A stretch of DNA of 64,000 nt from the human T2T-CHM13v2.0 reference genome, Homo sapiens: the NCBI RefSeq assembly GCF_009914755.1, contig NC_060927.1. One strand, 5' to 3'. The notes below the pieces were generated by a model that had not been told where the DNA came from, made no database searches, and saw only the letters and a program-made list of their open reading frames with translations. A program made the position numbers and the translations under genes. Below are positions 1-26,092 of this stretch, one piece after another. Within the stretch, counting starts at the first letter, position 1. Every line of letters starts with the position of its first letter.

Positions 1-4
1 ATTA

Positions 5-2090
<2,086 letters not shown>

Positions 2091-2156
2091 ATACGAAAAG
2101 TAACCACAATAGAATACTGAATCTCCAAGAACACATCACCAGCTTCTATAACATAA

Positions 2157-2844
<688 letters not shown>

Positions 2845-3620
2845 GCGATTCACATTTTTAAAAATTGCTGGAAGAACGCCCTTCCCCGCTCCCGCCTCGG
2901 TGACAAACAGGCTTCCCAGGGCCCAGAAGGCTGTACGCAGACGCCACCACCCTGGCCCCTGCACTCCTGCGTGAGCGACTTCCATTCGGGACGGCTCAGC
3001 CGCCCGCTACCGCAGCCTTCCCGCCTGGGTCTCCCACAGGCCTCCCGGGGCACCTAGAACTGCGTGCCTCACGCGGGCCCCGCTGGGCTCCTCACCCGCT
3101 CAGCCACTGCCACCTGCCTGGGACCCTCCCCCTGCGGAGCGGGATGTTTGGCGGGGAGAAATGCGGAGGGGAACCCTAGGCTGGCGGCTTTCCTCCTTCC
3201 GCAGAACCCACGGTCCTGATCTCCGGCCGCCTCCTTCTGACCCGGGGTTCTGGCCCCCTCCTCCCCCAGGACCTCAGCGCGGCACCCCACCCACCACCCC
3301 CCGCCCCCAACCCAGGCCAGCTGTCTCTTTTTCCTCAGGGGTCGGGCTCCCAGCCTCTGCCCTCCACAACCACCCGCCTGCCTCACCAGGGCCCAGCCTG
3401 GCCCCTGGGAGCGGCCACAGCGCCGAGCCGTTTTTCCCCCGACAACAGCAGCCCGGAGCCTGAGCTGCCATTCCCGTCCCGCTGGGGACCCAGCGTCGCT
3501 TGGGGAGGGCTGGCCGCAGGCTGCGGGGTGGAGGCTGCTCCAGCCGCCTAAGGGTGCCTGCAGAAGCTTCTCCCGGCGCCCTCCCCTCTCCAGCCCCGGG
3601 CAGCTCACACGCCTCAGGTT
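2845..3620. promoter_or_regulatory. Orphan CpG island (non-repeat, GC- and CpG-rich)
   Basis: Dense CpGs, GC box ccccgcccc at about 3300, E2F-like tttggcggg at about 3148; no recognisable coding exon. Confidence 0.75.
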
Positions 3621-3698
3621 TTTTCTTTACCTTCCCCTTTCTCCCGGAACCACTTGAGGATAGGTTAAAGACATCTTTTTGCTTAACCCCTACCTTCA

Positions 3699-4040
<342 letters not shown>

Positions 4041-4159
4041 TTAAGGTGCATTGCATTTTGTTGTCACACCTCTTTAGTCTCTTAATCCAGAAGAGTTTAT
4101 CAGCCTTTGTCTTTTCTAATCTTGATTTTTAATTTATATTTTATTTATTATTATTATTA

Positions 4160-5570
<1,411 letters not shown>

Positions 5571-7469
5571 TGTTGTTGCTTTTTAACTAAGTAGGGGAAT
5601 GAAAAGGATGCACCTCGGAAGAGGGTTTGGTAAAAGTTTGCTTCTGGGATCCACTCTCCTCTCACTCACCTAGTTCCCAGATCCCTCTGTCATACTTACC
5701 ATTGCTCTCTTCCAGCCCATCCATTTCTGCCCTGGATATCTTCAGAGCCAGTGGCTGAATGAGGCCTTGGGGAGCATTTCTTCAAACTTAGGGCCTAAAA
5801 GATGCTAGGGCAATGGTTCTCAAAAAGGTTTTAGTATCTAAAACAGATAAAAGGGAAGTTGTTTTGGCGGGAGCAAGAGCAGGGGGCTGCAGCCACCCCC
5901 AGAAGACCTTCTCCCCAACTAGCTGGCCTCTGAAGTACCCCATTCCACACCCTGGGAAAGTATGGAAATCTCTGGCTTATCAGGCACACCAGTGGCATCT
6001 AGCTCCTCAGGAAGGCTGGCTTGGACCTTACCCACCTCTCGTATGCTGCTTCATACAACATTGGCCTGAGTCCTGGGGCCAATGGCTTTTGAGAAAGAAC
6101 TCGGCCTGTCATCAGGCAGCATCCCCATCCCCCTGCACCATCACTGCTGCTCTTTCTGTACTGTCTTCCTGGAATGCAGACTGCAGGCCAGAGACTGCAC
6201 AAGGAAAAGCAGCAGAGACCCAGCCAGCCCATCTCTCCTCTCTGCCCTGGAACCTGAATGCAGCTGCTTTCCTCCAACCTGCACCATTGAGGAAGCAGCC
6301 AGGTTGGAGACTCAGGCGGAGGGCCTGGCAGATTTCCTGAGTGCTCTCTGCAACAGACCAGGCCCACCAGAGGGGAACTGGGATCTGGCAAATGACCACA
6401 GCCATCAGGAAGTGGCCTGGAAGAGTTTTCACTTCTCCAAAGATATTGTTCCTGGTAGCTCCAGGGTCTATATATAAGACAAAGGAGGTGGGGGGTAGGA
6501 GGGCAGTGAAGAAGACATTGGCCAGGATCAAATCCCAACCTTGTTACGTGATCCTGACAGGTCATTTCAACCTTTAACCCACAGTTTCCATTCTAAAGTG
6601 GAGGCAAAATAAGCAGCGCCTACGGTTGTTATGACGACTAATGTAATCCTGCAGCGGGCTTTCCAAATGTCAGAAATTGGAATGATAACTGCACAAATCT
6701 GTGCTATACCGTCATGCCAGTTCTATTATGCTATTGTTTATCTAAGATTTCCCCTAACTGCTTTGCTTTTTAAACATGGGCATGTCCGAAGCAAAGCTGC
6801 TTGAAAATTGGGTTTATTTTACAGGTTATTGTTTCCTACTCTACTTAAATAGACGATTGCTAAAATAAAAAAAAATGTTCATCTATATTCACTTCCTCCT
6901 CTTTGTTTCTGAATCCTCTACCACTACCCTTCCTCTCCTCCAGTCTCCAGCTTTGTTTATAGGGAAATAAGTTCAAAATCTCAGTGATGACAGGTGTTTT
7001 AACTCGTTTGGTATACTGTTGCAGACAGTTGACCCTGGTCATGAACAGGATTGTACAATCCTCACCTTTAAGTGTGGAAGAGAGGACCAATGGTGTCACA
7101 GAAGCAAGATCCCTACAGAGAAGGCTTTTATATTTGCCCTAACTTGCCCTCAGGAATGATCTAGCCTTCACCTGCAGCAGACCAGGCCAGAAGAGTTTTC
7201 TGGTGGGGGTGTCCACATTGCCTTGTGGACGTAACAGGCTCTCCAAAATGTGAGCCAGAGCCTGAATTCGAGGCATGTTTTAGCTGGAATTCAGCTGGGC
7301 AGTCAAACCACGTACCTTCTGCATTAATCAGGGCTCAGTTACAGAAGACATGCCATTCTAGCCATTTTCATCAGAAAGGCATTTAATACAGGTGATTAGA
7401 TGCTTACAAAATCTTAGAGGACCTAAAGAAAGGGGCTCTGGTGGACCTCCAAGATTGTGCCCAGAACTT

Positions 7470-8448
<979 letters not shown>

Positions 8449-8490
8449 TCATCCAACCCACGTGTACTCTGTGTTCAGGTGAATTGTCAG

Positions 8491-11055
<2,565 letters not shown>

Positions 11056-11796
11056 AAGGGAGGTTCAACAAGACTCAGGAAGCTCATTATGTAGAGATGT
11101 CCATCACTGTGAATCACTGGAAATAACCTAAGAGTAAGTCAACATGGAAGAGGTTAAAGAACTAATGACTTATTGATTCAAAGGAAAATTACAGCCGTTA
11201 AAATAATGACAATTATGTGTCAATGTATAAGAAGCTTTGAAGTAATACTAAATCGAGAAGGATTATAAAATGGTACTCAGATTGGGAATCCAACCATGTC
11301 AAGAAACACATACACAAAAAGAAGAAAATGTCCTTATCACCTAATATGTGGTAGGCCTTCTGCTGAGTCTCAGGGATACACAATGAATAAAATGTGGTCT
11401 CGATGTGGCTCTCTGTTGTGGTGCCTGCCCCCAGAACTCTTACCAGGAACCTCCCCATGACAAAGCAAGTTAAATGTTTGATAGCTGCCTGTTGGTTGTG
11501 AGTGGGGATGAACGTTCTAGAGCTTTTGCCAATTTCTGTGATGTAAACATTTTCGCCAGGCTGATTTCAAGGTACCGATGGAATTTCACTAACACAGAAT
11601 TGGAAAGAGATATTCATAAGCGGCTCTTGAGACTCAGTGCAAACTAGCTTCAGCAGCACATTTGGGAGGTGGTTGCTAAATAAGCAATAATTTATTTATA
11701 GGATGGAATCCTAATCAGCCATGAAAATATCATACTGTAGAATAATTAGTCATATTTGAAGAAGTTCATCTAGTTATAATGCCATTCAAAAAAAAA

Positions 11797-12262
<466 letters not shown>

Positions 12263-12318
12263 TGAATTATATCTTAATAATAAAAAAAAGTAGGTTACAA
12301 AGCAATCTGTTTTGTACA

Positions 12319-12710
12319 TGTGGTAGGTCAGCAGCCTGTAAGATGACCCCCAGTGATTCTCACCTTCTGATAGTCACATTCTTGTGTAAACCTCTCCCCT
12401 CTGGTGTGGGCCAGATTTGATTCCTCACTTCTAACAAACAGAATACAGCAGAAATGATAGAATGTTACTTCCGATATTAAGCTGTGACACGATGGCTCCC
12501 ATGATGGAGACTCTGGGTCCCTCCTTCTCTCTGTTACTCGCATCCTCCCCCCAGGGAAGCTGGTTGCCGTGTCATGTGCATGAGCAGCCCTGTGGAGAGG
12601 TCCATGTGGCAAGGAACTGATGTCTCCAGACACCAACCAGCAGGCAGGGGATGAACTGCTGAGCTTCAAAGTGGATCCCTCCCCAGTCAGGGCTGGAGAT
12701 GACCTCAGAT
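12319..12710 (+). mobile_element. MLT1-family MaLR LTR fragment
   Basis: 'tgtggtaggtcagcagcc...aagatgacccccagtgattctcacc' resembles the MLT1E/F 5' end. Confidence 0.6.
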
Positions 12711-13679
12711 TGCCAAGGCAATCTGTCAGAGGAAGAAAAAGTTGGAGGGCTTACACCACCAGATATTAGGACCCGTTATGTAAATATAATACACATATTA
12801 TGTAAATATAGTACAGTGTGGTATTGGCATAAGGACAGGCAAACAGATCAATAGGACAGGACAGAGTCTAGAAATAGACACATTAACATACTGTCATCTG
12901 ATTTATGACAAAGGTGACAGTAGTTGGGAAAGGAGTGTTTTTGTTTGTTTTTTTTTTTTTAGACAAGGTCTCACTCTTGCCCAGACTGAAGTGCAGTGGT
13001 GCAATCATAGCTCACTGTAGCCTCAAACTCCTGGGCTCAAGCAATCCTCTCACCATAGCCTCCCGAGTAGCTGGGATCACAGGCACGTGGCAGCATGGTC
13101 AGCTAATTTTTTATTTTTATTTTGTTAGACAAAGTCTTGCTCTGTCACCCAGGCTGGAGTAGAGTGGCATGATCACAGCTTACTGCACCCTCAACCTCCT
13201 GGGATCAAGTGATCCTTCTGCCTCAGTCTACTGAGTAGCTGGGACCACAGGCACATGCCACCACATCCAGCTAATTTTTGTACTTCTTGTAGGGATGAGG
13301 TTTCACCAGGTTGCCCAGGCTGGTTTCAAACTCCTGGGCTCAAGCCATCTGCCCAGCTTGGCCTCCCAAAATGCTGGGATTATGGGTCTGAGCCACCATG
13401 CCTGGCCAGAGGTCTTCTTCATAGATGATATGGGGTCACTTCTGCTTCTCCGGCTATGCTCACTGGCCATCAGCGCCCTCTGTGTGCCCAGAGTCTCACA
13501 TAGGGCACCTGCACGTTATCCACAGAACACTGTGGGGCCTTCCCCCCAGCTCAGGGCCATAAGGAGAGAGACCTGCCTCGGGTTTGATGTCTTCTTGCCC
13601 CCTCAGCTCCTCTCCAGGGCTCCCCATTCCCAGGCCAGTCCTTCTGGGTGAGAAGCCAGCAAGATGCATGTGATCTTCG

Positions 13680-14190
13680 GCCTCTGGGTTGGCCCCAGTG
13701 GTGCATACCCACTGGTGTTCATGTCCATCTGTAGTCTCCTCTCACACTGAATCAAAGCTGGCCTGGGTGACAGGCAGCATTCTGTCAGAGGGACAGTGCA
13801 TGACTTCTGAGGCTTGGTCATATGAGACCCTGCGGTGCTACCTTGGGCCTTTGGCTTGTTCTCTCGGGGTGAGGTCAGCTGCCCTGCCTTGAGGACACTC
13901 AAGCAACCCTGTGGAGAGAAGCCCAGTTGTCAGCACCAGTTTGCCAGCCACTCCAGCGAACCACCTTGGAAGCAGGCCCTCCAGCCCCAGACAAGGCTTC
14001 AGATGGCTCTAGGCCCCAGCCCTTGAGATTTTCAGCTGAGGCCCCAAGCATGATGTAGTAGAGATAAGTCATTCACACCGTGCCCTGTCGGAACCCCTAG
14101 CCCACAGAAATCACAACATAATAAATGACTATTGCTTTAAGGTACTAAGTTTTGAGGTGTTTTGTGTTGCAGCAATAGATAACTGATACA
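13680..14190 (+). mobile_element. MLT1H-like MaLR LTR
   Basis: 3' end 'ctaagttttgaggtgttttgtgttgcagcaatagataactgataca'. Confidence 0.65.
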
Positions 14191-14280
14191 ATGGCTCAAG
14201 CCCAGTGCTACACTCTGGGAAAGTCCTCCTTGTTCTCTTCCCTGAAGCTTGAGGCTTTGCAGGCAGCTCCCCTGCAGTCT

Positions 14281-14345
14281 CCTCCTGCCCCGCCACACCC
14301 CGCCCCCGCGCCCCCCCCTCCATCCCTCCTAGTACCCCCCCACCT
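14281..14345 (-). repeat. C-rich tract, potential G-quadruplex or SP/KLF box cluster
   Basis: More than 6 runs of 3 or more C, including ccccgcccc. Confidence 0.6.
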
Positions 14346-15083
14346 CCCTCTGGCTACCTCACTCTTCCTTCCCTCTCCAGGGAGGCAGAGGGCAGGATCG
14401 ACCCATCTGCTGCCTCATTGGAGGTTCCACTGGGAAATGAGATGCTCATCTTCCCTGCTGATAGCACTGCCTCCGAGGCTTTCAGAATAAGTTTTCTAGA
14501 ATCCCCTCACTTTGGCAATAGTGAGGAAGGAAAGAAAACCCTAGTATTCCCCAGTGGGCAGTGACTAGCATGGATTACCTCTGTCACTTCTTCTCACACT
14601 TGTGCTCATATTGGGGGTGGGGAGGGATGAGTGATTGTAGTAGGGCCGGTTCTGCCACCTCTTTGTACATACCTGGGGCATGTTCTTGCCCCAATCTCAA
14701 CAGAGTCTTTGAATCATCCTTAAGCGTGAGGTCCACAGCACTATTTGTCATAAATTTTGGATCTCCATCGTCAATACCAGGAAAACAGGAAAAGTCCCTC
14801 TTAAACATTCGAGTCCAGGCTTTCACCACCTGGCATGACCTGATCTTTCTGCTTGGGTTTCTTTGCTGTTCCTGCTTCCTTCACTCTAACTCTGTCCCTT
14901 TGGCAATAAATATATCAGCACTTTCTGGGACGATTTATGACATGCTCTCTTTTCACCAAACCTCCGCACATGGTGGTCCCTTTGCTGGCAACAACCTTCC
15001 TCTTCCTTTGCCCAACAGATTCTTACCCTTCATGAGCCACCTCAGCACTGTCTCCTCAGGAAAGCCCTGCTTGACTACTCTAA

Positions 15084-16222
<1,139 letters not shown>

Positions 16223-16334
16223 CTCTTGCTAGACTAGTCTTAAAGGAAAAGTAGGAGTTCTTTAGGTGAAAGAAAATGAACTTGGGGTGGGGGTGGGGGG
16301 AGGACAAAAGAGCAATAACTGTGTCAGTAACTCA

Positions 16335-17090
16335 GTAACTACTCACTGAGCACCTACTATGTTCCAGGCATTGGAGGGGCAGCAGCAAACCAGACAGACA
16401 AAGTCCTCCACTCTCATGGTGCTGAAATTCTAGGGGCAGAAACACTGAGCATGTAAATACATAAAGTACAGAGGAGCAGTTCTCAAAGTGGTGACATGGA
16501 GAAAACATACCAGTGTAACAAGGTAATGGGATAAAGAATAACTGGGAAAAGGCACTGGACCAGATGATCCAGCAGGGCCTCCCTGGAGTGTCACTTGAGC
16601 TGAGACCCCAATGGTAAGAAGAATCCAGCCATGCAACAATCTTTGCATTAGGGAAGGGGAAGGAGGAGACTTTCCTAGACAGAGGAACTAGAGGCACAAA
16701 GGCCCCAAGGTGGGAAGGAGCTTGGTGCTCTTGAGACAGGAAGAAGGTCAGCATGGTGGGAATGGGTTGACTGGGGAGAGACTGAGGTTAGATGGGGCCA
16801 GGGTGTGTCCCCACCTGTCATTCCTGCTTTATTTTTCCCCATCACACTTCTTATTGCCTATTATGCTATGTATTTCTCTTACGTACATGCTTTATTTTCT
16901 GTCTCTGCCACTAGGCTGTAAGTCCCATGAAGGCAGGGATTTCTGTCTGTGTTTTGTTCACTGCTGTCTCTTGGTAGACAGTGCCTAGAACAGTGCCTGC
17001 CACACAGTCTGCCCAAGCTGTGTTTGTTGACTGAATAAATAAATGAAAGATGGATAAAGGCCAGATAGTGCAGGGCCTTGAAGGCCATGT
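16335..17090. mobile_element. L2 LINE 3' fragments in both orientations
   Basis: 'ctgagcacctactatgttccagg', 'gtgcctagaacagtgcctg...tgaataaataaatgaa'. Confidence 0.65.
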
Positions 17091-17517
17091 TAGGGTCATT
17101 CTAGGCAAAGGGAATTGCAGGCGCACTCAGGGAGAGGCAAGCGTTCGTTAGGTAAAGACAGGCCGAGCCTCCCACAACCCTGTCAGCATGGAGGGCTGCA
17201 GTCCACGCTGTAGAAAGAGTGGCAGGGTAAAGGCAGTGCCCCAGTCCTCTTGGTCTCCCTGGTGCTTGTTAATCTGACTGGCAAGGTCTGAAGCAGGCAG
17301 GTGCTGTGGTCTGGTGAAGCGGAGCCAGGGGAGACATCATCCCACTGAGAGAACACAGAAGGAACCCACAGCCACAGCAGGGCAAGCAGCCCCATTTCCT
17401 AGCAGCCTCATGAGCTCAGTGTGGCAGGGGGCAGTGCTGGGGCTCAAGCCCACTAGAGTGGCCCATTGGTCCTGGTGTTACCGCCTGTCCTTCCTCAGGC
17501 CATTTGATCTTCCCATC

Positions 17518-17911
17518 TGTGTCACTCCATTTGCATCACTATAAAGGAATACCTGAGTCTGGGTAATTGGCTCACGGTTCTGCAGGCTGTACAGGAAGCG
17601 TGGTGCCAGCATCTGCTTCTGCTGAGGGCCTCAGGATGCTCCCAATTGTGGCAGAAGGCCAGGGGGGAGCAGGAATGTCACATGGTGAGATTGAGAGCAA
17701 GAGAGAGGAAGCGGGGAGGTGCCACATTCTTTTAAACAACCAGATCTCATGTGAACTTGGAGCGATAACTCATTCATTACAAGGAGGGCACCAAACCATT
17801 CATGAAGGATCCACCTCCATGACCCAAACACCCCAATCAGGCCCCACCTCCAACGCTGCAGATTACATTTCAACATGAGATTTGAAGGGAACAAATATCC
17901 AAACAATAGCA
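17518..17911 (-). mobile_element. MSTB-like MaLR solo LTR
   Basis: 'ctataaaggaatacctgagtctgggtaatt', 'ggctcacggttctgcaggctgtacagg', 'caaatatccaaacaatagca'. Confidence 0.8.
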
Positions 17912-18236
17912 CCATCCATCCAAGGCTGTCAATGGGGCAGAAATAGTCATCCTTATCCCACAGGAGGGGGAACTGAGGCTACATTTTTGTTTTAAGGATT
18001 CTTCAGATGCAAGTGACAGAAATCCTACCTGATTTGGCTTGCCTTTCTTTGTTTGCCCTCTAGAAAAAGAGCCAGAGAACAAGCTTAACGTGCTATAATC
18101 TTATGGGATTCAATCCCAGGGCAGCAAGAGTAAAGGAAAGAGAGGAGTAAAGAACAGAGTGCAGGAGGAAAAGCAAAGACAAGGTCGCGTGTCACCAAAC
18201 TGGCCACAGAGTCTCAGCAAACATGGTCATTGGGTT

Positions 18237-18342
18237 TGGGCTGCCAGATCAAAAAAAGGATGCCTGATTAAATTTGAATTTCAGATGAACGCAAATAATG
18301 TTTTAACATAAGTATTTGTATTTGCAAATTCTGATAACCTAG
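18237..18342. mobile_element. MER53-like hAT MITE fragment
   Basis: 'gggctgccagat...ttaaatttgaatttcagat...ctgataaccta' with degenerate terminal inverted repeats. Confidence 0.55.
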
Positions 18343-18762
18343 TCCCATGCGACATCTCCAGGGAGGTCATGCTCAACAGTCTACTGAGAAGAGGTAAAGT
18401 AGAGATTTTACCCCTCAGTTCCTTTCTGAATCCTGTCTTGCTGGTCAGAGTTTACTCATAGGAAAGTTCACTCCCCACATTTCTGGGTTATATTACCTGG
18501 CTCATCTGGGCAGTCACTGGGGAAGCCAAAGCCTCTGAGTCCACTCTGAGGCAGCCCCTGGGTGCGGCTGTGACTTTCCATTAAGCAAGTGGTAAAGGCC
18601 TAAAAGTGGGGTTGGGGACCAAGAGGGACAGGGAGGGGAGCAGATGGCTTCTGGCATGGCTAAATACAGGTGCCCAAAATTGCATCACTTAGACAAGTCC
18701 CTCTTCATTTCCTCGTTTTCCTCTATTTTGAGATAGGGTCTCATCGCCCCCTCCCCCCCGAC

Positions 18763-19684
<922 letters not shown>

Positions 19685-20229
19685 GCTTCACTCTCAGGTT
19701 CTCAGGTTCTCAGGTTCTCTCAAGGTGACAGGAAGTCCCCAACAATTCTAGACATGCTTTAATCTTTCTTCATGCTCCTTCCATCCTAAAACAGATCCAT
19801 TGAGTGTTATTGGCCCTGAGTGCCCTGGATGTGGTCAAGTGCCCTCTTCCAAAAGAGTCACTGTGGGCAGAGGGGTGCAATGCAGCCTGTGTGCAGGAAG
19901 GCTCTAAAAAGCAGCTGTGGCTAGTGTGGCACAAGGAAGAGGAAGGATGGGAGATTACGTGCTAGTGTGATGTGCGGTTGTCTTCCTGTGGGTGTTCCCC
20001 CAGCCACATACATAGAACTGGGAGCTCCTGGTGCACTGGTTCATCTCTGTGTCCCTGTGGTCATACTCTGGAAGCTAAAAATTGATTGCTTTTGAATAAA
20101 TGAATGGACAAACCTTTACTTCCTTTATAGCACCTAATAGAAAAGTGCCTCAAGCTACCACATGAGATTTATCTCACCTGGCAACTGACATGTAATGTCA
20201 GTCATTCTCTTGTAATGTAAAGGAGCACT

Positions 20230-21860
<1,631 letters not shown>

Positions 21861-22077
21861 ATCACCACTATGGGAAGTGAGGATACTGGGGCCCAGAGAG
21901 CTCAAGAGAATTGCACTGACACAGGAGCTCAGACTGGGTGCTGGGGACCAGAAGTTACCAAGGATGAAAGACTATAGTGCGGCATGTTGGGACAGCCAGC
22001 TGGTGACTTCTGGATTAATAAAAACTGCCAAGAAGGAAACCTTGGATAAAATTGTCCACTTTAAAGCAGCAAAACCT

Positions 22078-22510
22078 GGCTAGACACAGTGGCTCACACC
22101 TGTAATCCCAGCAATTTGGGAGGCCAAGGTGGGAGGATCACTTGAGCCCAAGGATTAGAGACCGGCCTGGGCAACATAGTGAGACCTTATCTCTACAAGT
22201 ATTTAAAAATTAGCTCGGTGTGGTGGCACGTGCCAGTAGTCCCAGCTACTTGGGAAGTTAAGGCAGGAGAATTGCTTGAAGACAGGAGTTTGAGTCCAGG
22301 CTGGGTCACACAGTGAGACCCTATCTCTACCAAAAAAACAAAAAAAATTAACCAGGCACAGTGGTGCACCTGTGGTTCCAGGTACTCGGGAGGCTTAGAC
22401 GGGAGGATTACTTGAGCCCAGGAGGTTGAGGCTGCGATGAGCTATGATCACAGTACTGCACTCCAACCTGGGTGACAGAGTAAGCCTCTGTCCCAAAAAT
22501 AAATAAATAA
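22078..22510 (+). mobile_element. AluJ-like composite
   Basis: Alu consensus with J-type 'ttgagcccagg', 'gctatgatc'. Confidence 0.8.
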
Positions 22511-22817
22511 ATACATACAAAGTAATAAGGTAGCAAAATCCAGAGAACTTTATAAATCATGCAAAGCTATGTCAGAATAATTCAATATTTTTCTCTGCTT
22601 TAAATTGCTCAACTATGTGTTAACATTTGTCAATGCCCAGTAGGGTGCTGGGGACATCAAAGTAGACCAGAGCAGGTCCTGGCCCTGAAAGACCCCCCCA
22701 GTTTCGATGATAAATAAACAGCCAGAGAGTCATGGGTTCACTGTGGGAAAAGAGGAGAAAAGGGCGGTGGCCAGAAAAGGCTCTGCTGTACAAACAACCT
22801 GTGAAGGAAGACACATC

Positions 22818-22827
22818 ACACACACAC

Positions 22828-22881
<54 letters not shown>
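22818..22881. repeat. (CA)n microsatellite
   Basis: About 30 CA units with few interruptions. Confidence 0.97.
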
Positions 22882-23612
22882 ATACTCCCCACCCCCTGGC
22901 TTAAAATGTTCCACAGGGTTTCTCATCACACATGCTATAAATTTGCAAGGCCTTGCTATGACCTGTGAGACCCTATATGACCTAGGTTTGCACATTGCTC
23001 CCACCTCAACTGTTTCTACTCTCTCCTTCGCTCACTCTGCTCCAACCACGCTGGCTTCCTTGTTCCTTGAGCAGGACACCTTTTTCTGCACAAAGCTTCT
23101 ACCCTTGCTATTCCTTCCACCTGTAACATTTTCTGCTCAGGTATTCTCAAAAGGCTGGCTCCATGTCAGCAGGTCTCTGCTCAAATGTTACCTCCAGTGG
23201 GGTGCAATGACACATGCCTGTTGTCCCAGCTACTTGGAGGCTGAGACAGGAGGACGGAGAGCTACAGGCCAGGAGTTTGAGGCAGCAGTGCACTGTAATT
23301 GTGCCTGTGAATAGCACTGCACTCCAGTCCGGGGACCATAGTAAGATTCTGTCTCCAGAAAAAAGGCACCTCCTCAGAGAGGACTTTCTGACCACCTATG
23401 TCTAAGTCACCTCTCCTCACTTCCACCTCCATCACTGTTCTGTAACACTGTTTTATTGTCTGCATCTCATTGATCACATTATGGATTTTTTTTAAAAAAT
23501 TGAAACATTTGATAGTTAATGAAATATCATGGTTAAAACTTAAACATATATAAACTGATGTCCACAGAAAAACCCAGCTCCCTTTCCTGTCCCATCATCA
23601 GGAATAGTGTAG

Positions 23613-24427
<815 letters not shown>

Positions 24428-25019
24428 AATATTTTTTGTACTCTGAAGGTCATGCAGCATGCCAAGCACTGGGGCAGCTTATTCATTGTGTAACTAGACT
24501 TGTTGGCAAAGGGTGCCAACCCAGAAGTGCATCTCCTACAGCCCCCACCAGATCTCCTCCTTTGGCTTCTCTGAATCCTGGCCTAAGTGTGTGTGTAGCT
24601 CTGGATGAAAGGTGTTGGGTTCTGCTGCTGCTCACCCATTCATGGCACTGAACTTAGAAGTGATGAGAGACAGATATGGCTCCCAGTTGGTCCTCATGGG
24701 TGGCTCTTTTTATCCTCCTTGGCCCCAGTGTGTCATTATTCTTATCCACATCCAGCTTTTATTCCTGAATGCTGGTCTAACTGACCTGTAGTGACTGACG
24801 TTGGGCTCAACACCAGACACAGAAGGAACAGCCTGTGTAGACTTTCTACCAACTCCCACAAATCGATAAGGTCTAGCCCCTTCCATTAATTCCTCATTCT
24901 AATCACTCACAGTGCTTCTACTTCTCTGATTTTAATTGATATACCAGGTAACCACTTTTATTAGTTGCCGAAGGATGTTCTTATTCTTTACCTTTTAAAG
25001 CATATGATATATACTCTTC

Positions 25020-26092
25020 TGTTGCGGGAAGTCAGGGACCCCAGTGGGACTGGCTGAAACCATGGCAGAAGAACGTGGATTGTGAAGATTTCATGGACAT
25101 TTATTAGTTCCCCAAATTAATACTTTTATAATTTCTTATGCCTGTCTTTACTGCAGTCTCTAAACATAAACTGTGAAGATTTCATGGACACTTATCACTT
25201 CCCCAATCAATACCCTTGTGATTTCCTATGCCTGTCTTTACTTTAATCTCTTAATCCTGTCATCTCCTAAACCAAGGAGAATGCATGTTGCCTCAGGACC
25301 CTGCGATAATTGCGTTAAGTGCACAAATTATAGAGCATGTGTGTTTGAACAATATGAAATCTGGGCTCCTTGAAAAAAGAGCAGGATAAAAGCAATGTTC
25401 AGGGAATAAGAGAGATAACCTTAAACTCTGACTGCTGGTGAGCCAGGCAGAACAGAGCCATATTTCTCTTCTTTCAAAAGCAAATGGGAGAAATATCGCT
25501 GAATTCTTTCTCCCAGCAAGGAACATCCCTGAGAAAGAGAATGTGCCCCTGAGGGTGGGTCTCTAAAATGGCCCCCTTGGGTGTGGCCGTCTTCTGTCGT
25601 CGAAACTGTAGGGATGAAATAATCCCCAGTCTCCCATAGCGCTCCCAGGCTTATTAGGATGAGGAAATTCCTGCCTGATAAATTTTGGTCAGACCGATTG
25701 CTCTCAAACGCTGTCTCCTGATAAGATGTTATCAATGACAATGGTGCCTAAAACTTCATTAGCAATTTTAATTTTGCCCCCGGTCCTGTGGTCCTGTGAT
25801 CTTGCCCTGCCTCCATCTGCTTTGTGATACTTACTACCTTGTGAAGTACATGATATCTGTGACCCACACCTTATTCGTACATTCCCTCCCCTTTTGAAAG
25901 TCCCTAATAAAAAATTGCTGGTTTTGCGGCTTGTGGGGCATCACGGAACCTACCAACATGTGATGTCTCCCCCGGACGCCCAGCTTTAACATTTCTCTCT
26001 TTTGTACTCTGTCCCTTTATTTCTCAACCTGGCCGATGCTTAGGGAAAATAGAAAAAAACCTATGTGACTATCGGGGGCAGGTTCCCCGATA
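25020..26092 (+). mobile_element. MER11 (HERV-K11/HML-8) solo LTR, probably MER11B/C
   Basis: Starts TGTTGCGGGAAGTCAGGGACCCC, ends ggcaggttccccgata; exact 6-bp TSD ctcttc (25014-25019 / 26093-26098); repeated 'tgtgaagatttcatggaca'. Confidence 0.92.

Noticed and set aside
5813-6577. Five overlapping ORFs of 78-188 aa in unique sequence
   Set aside because: No domain similarity recognised and no clear exon structure; cannot support coding.
19691-19722. Short TTCTCAGG tandem repeat; also a 13-bp duplication attacttgacacc near 28993-29018
   Set aside because: Ordinary slippage products, not a CRISPR-like or functional array.
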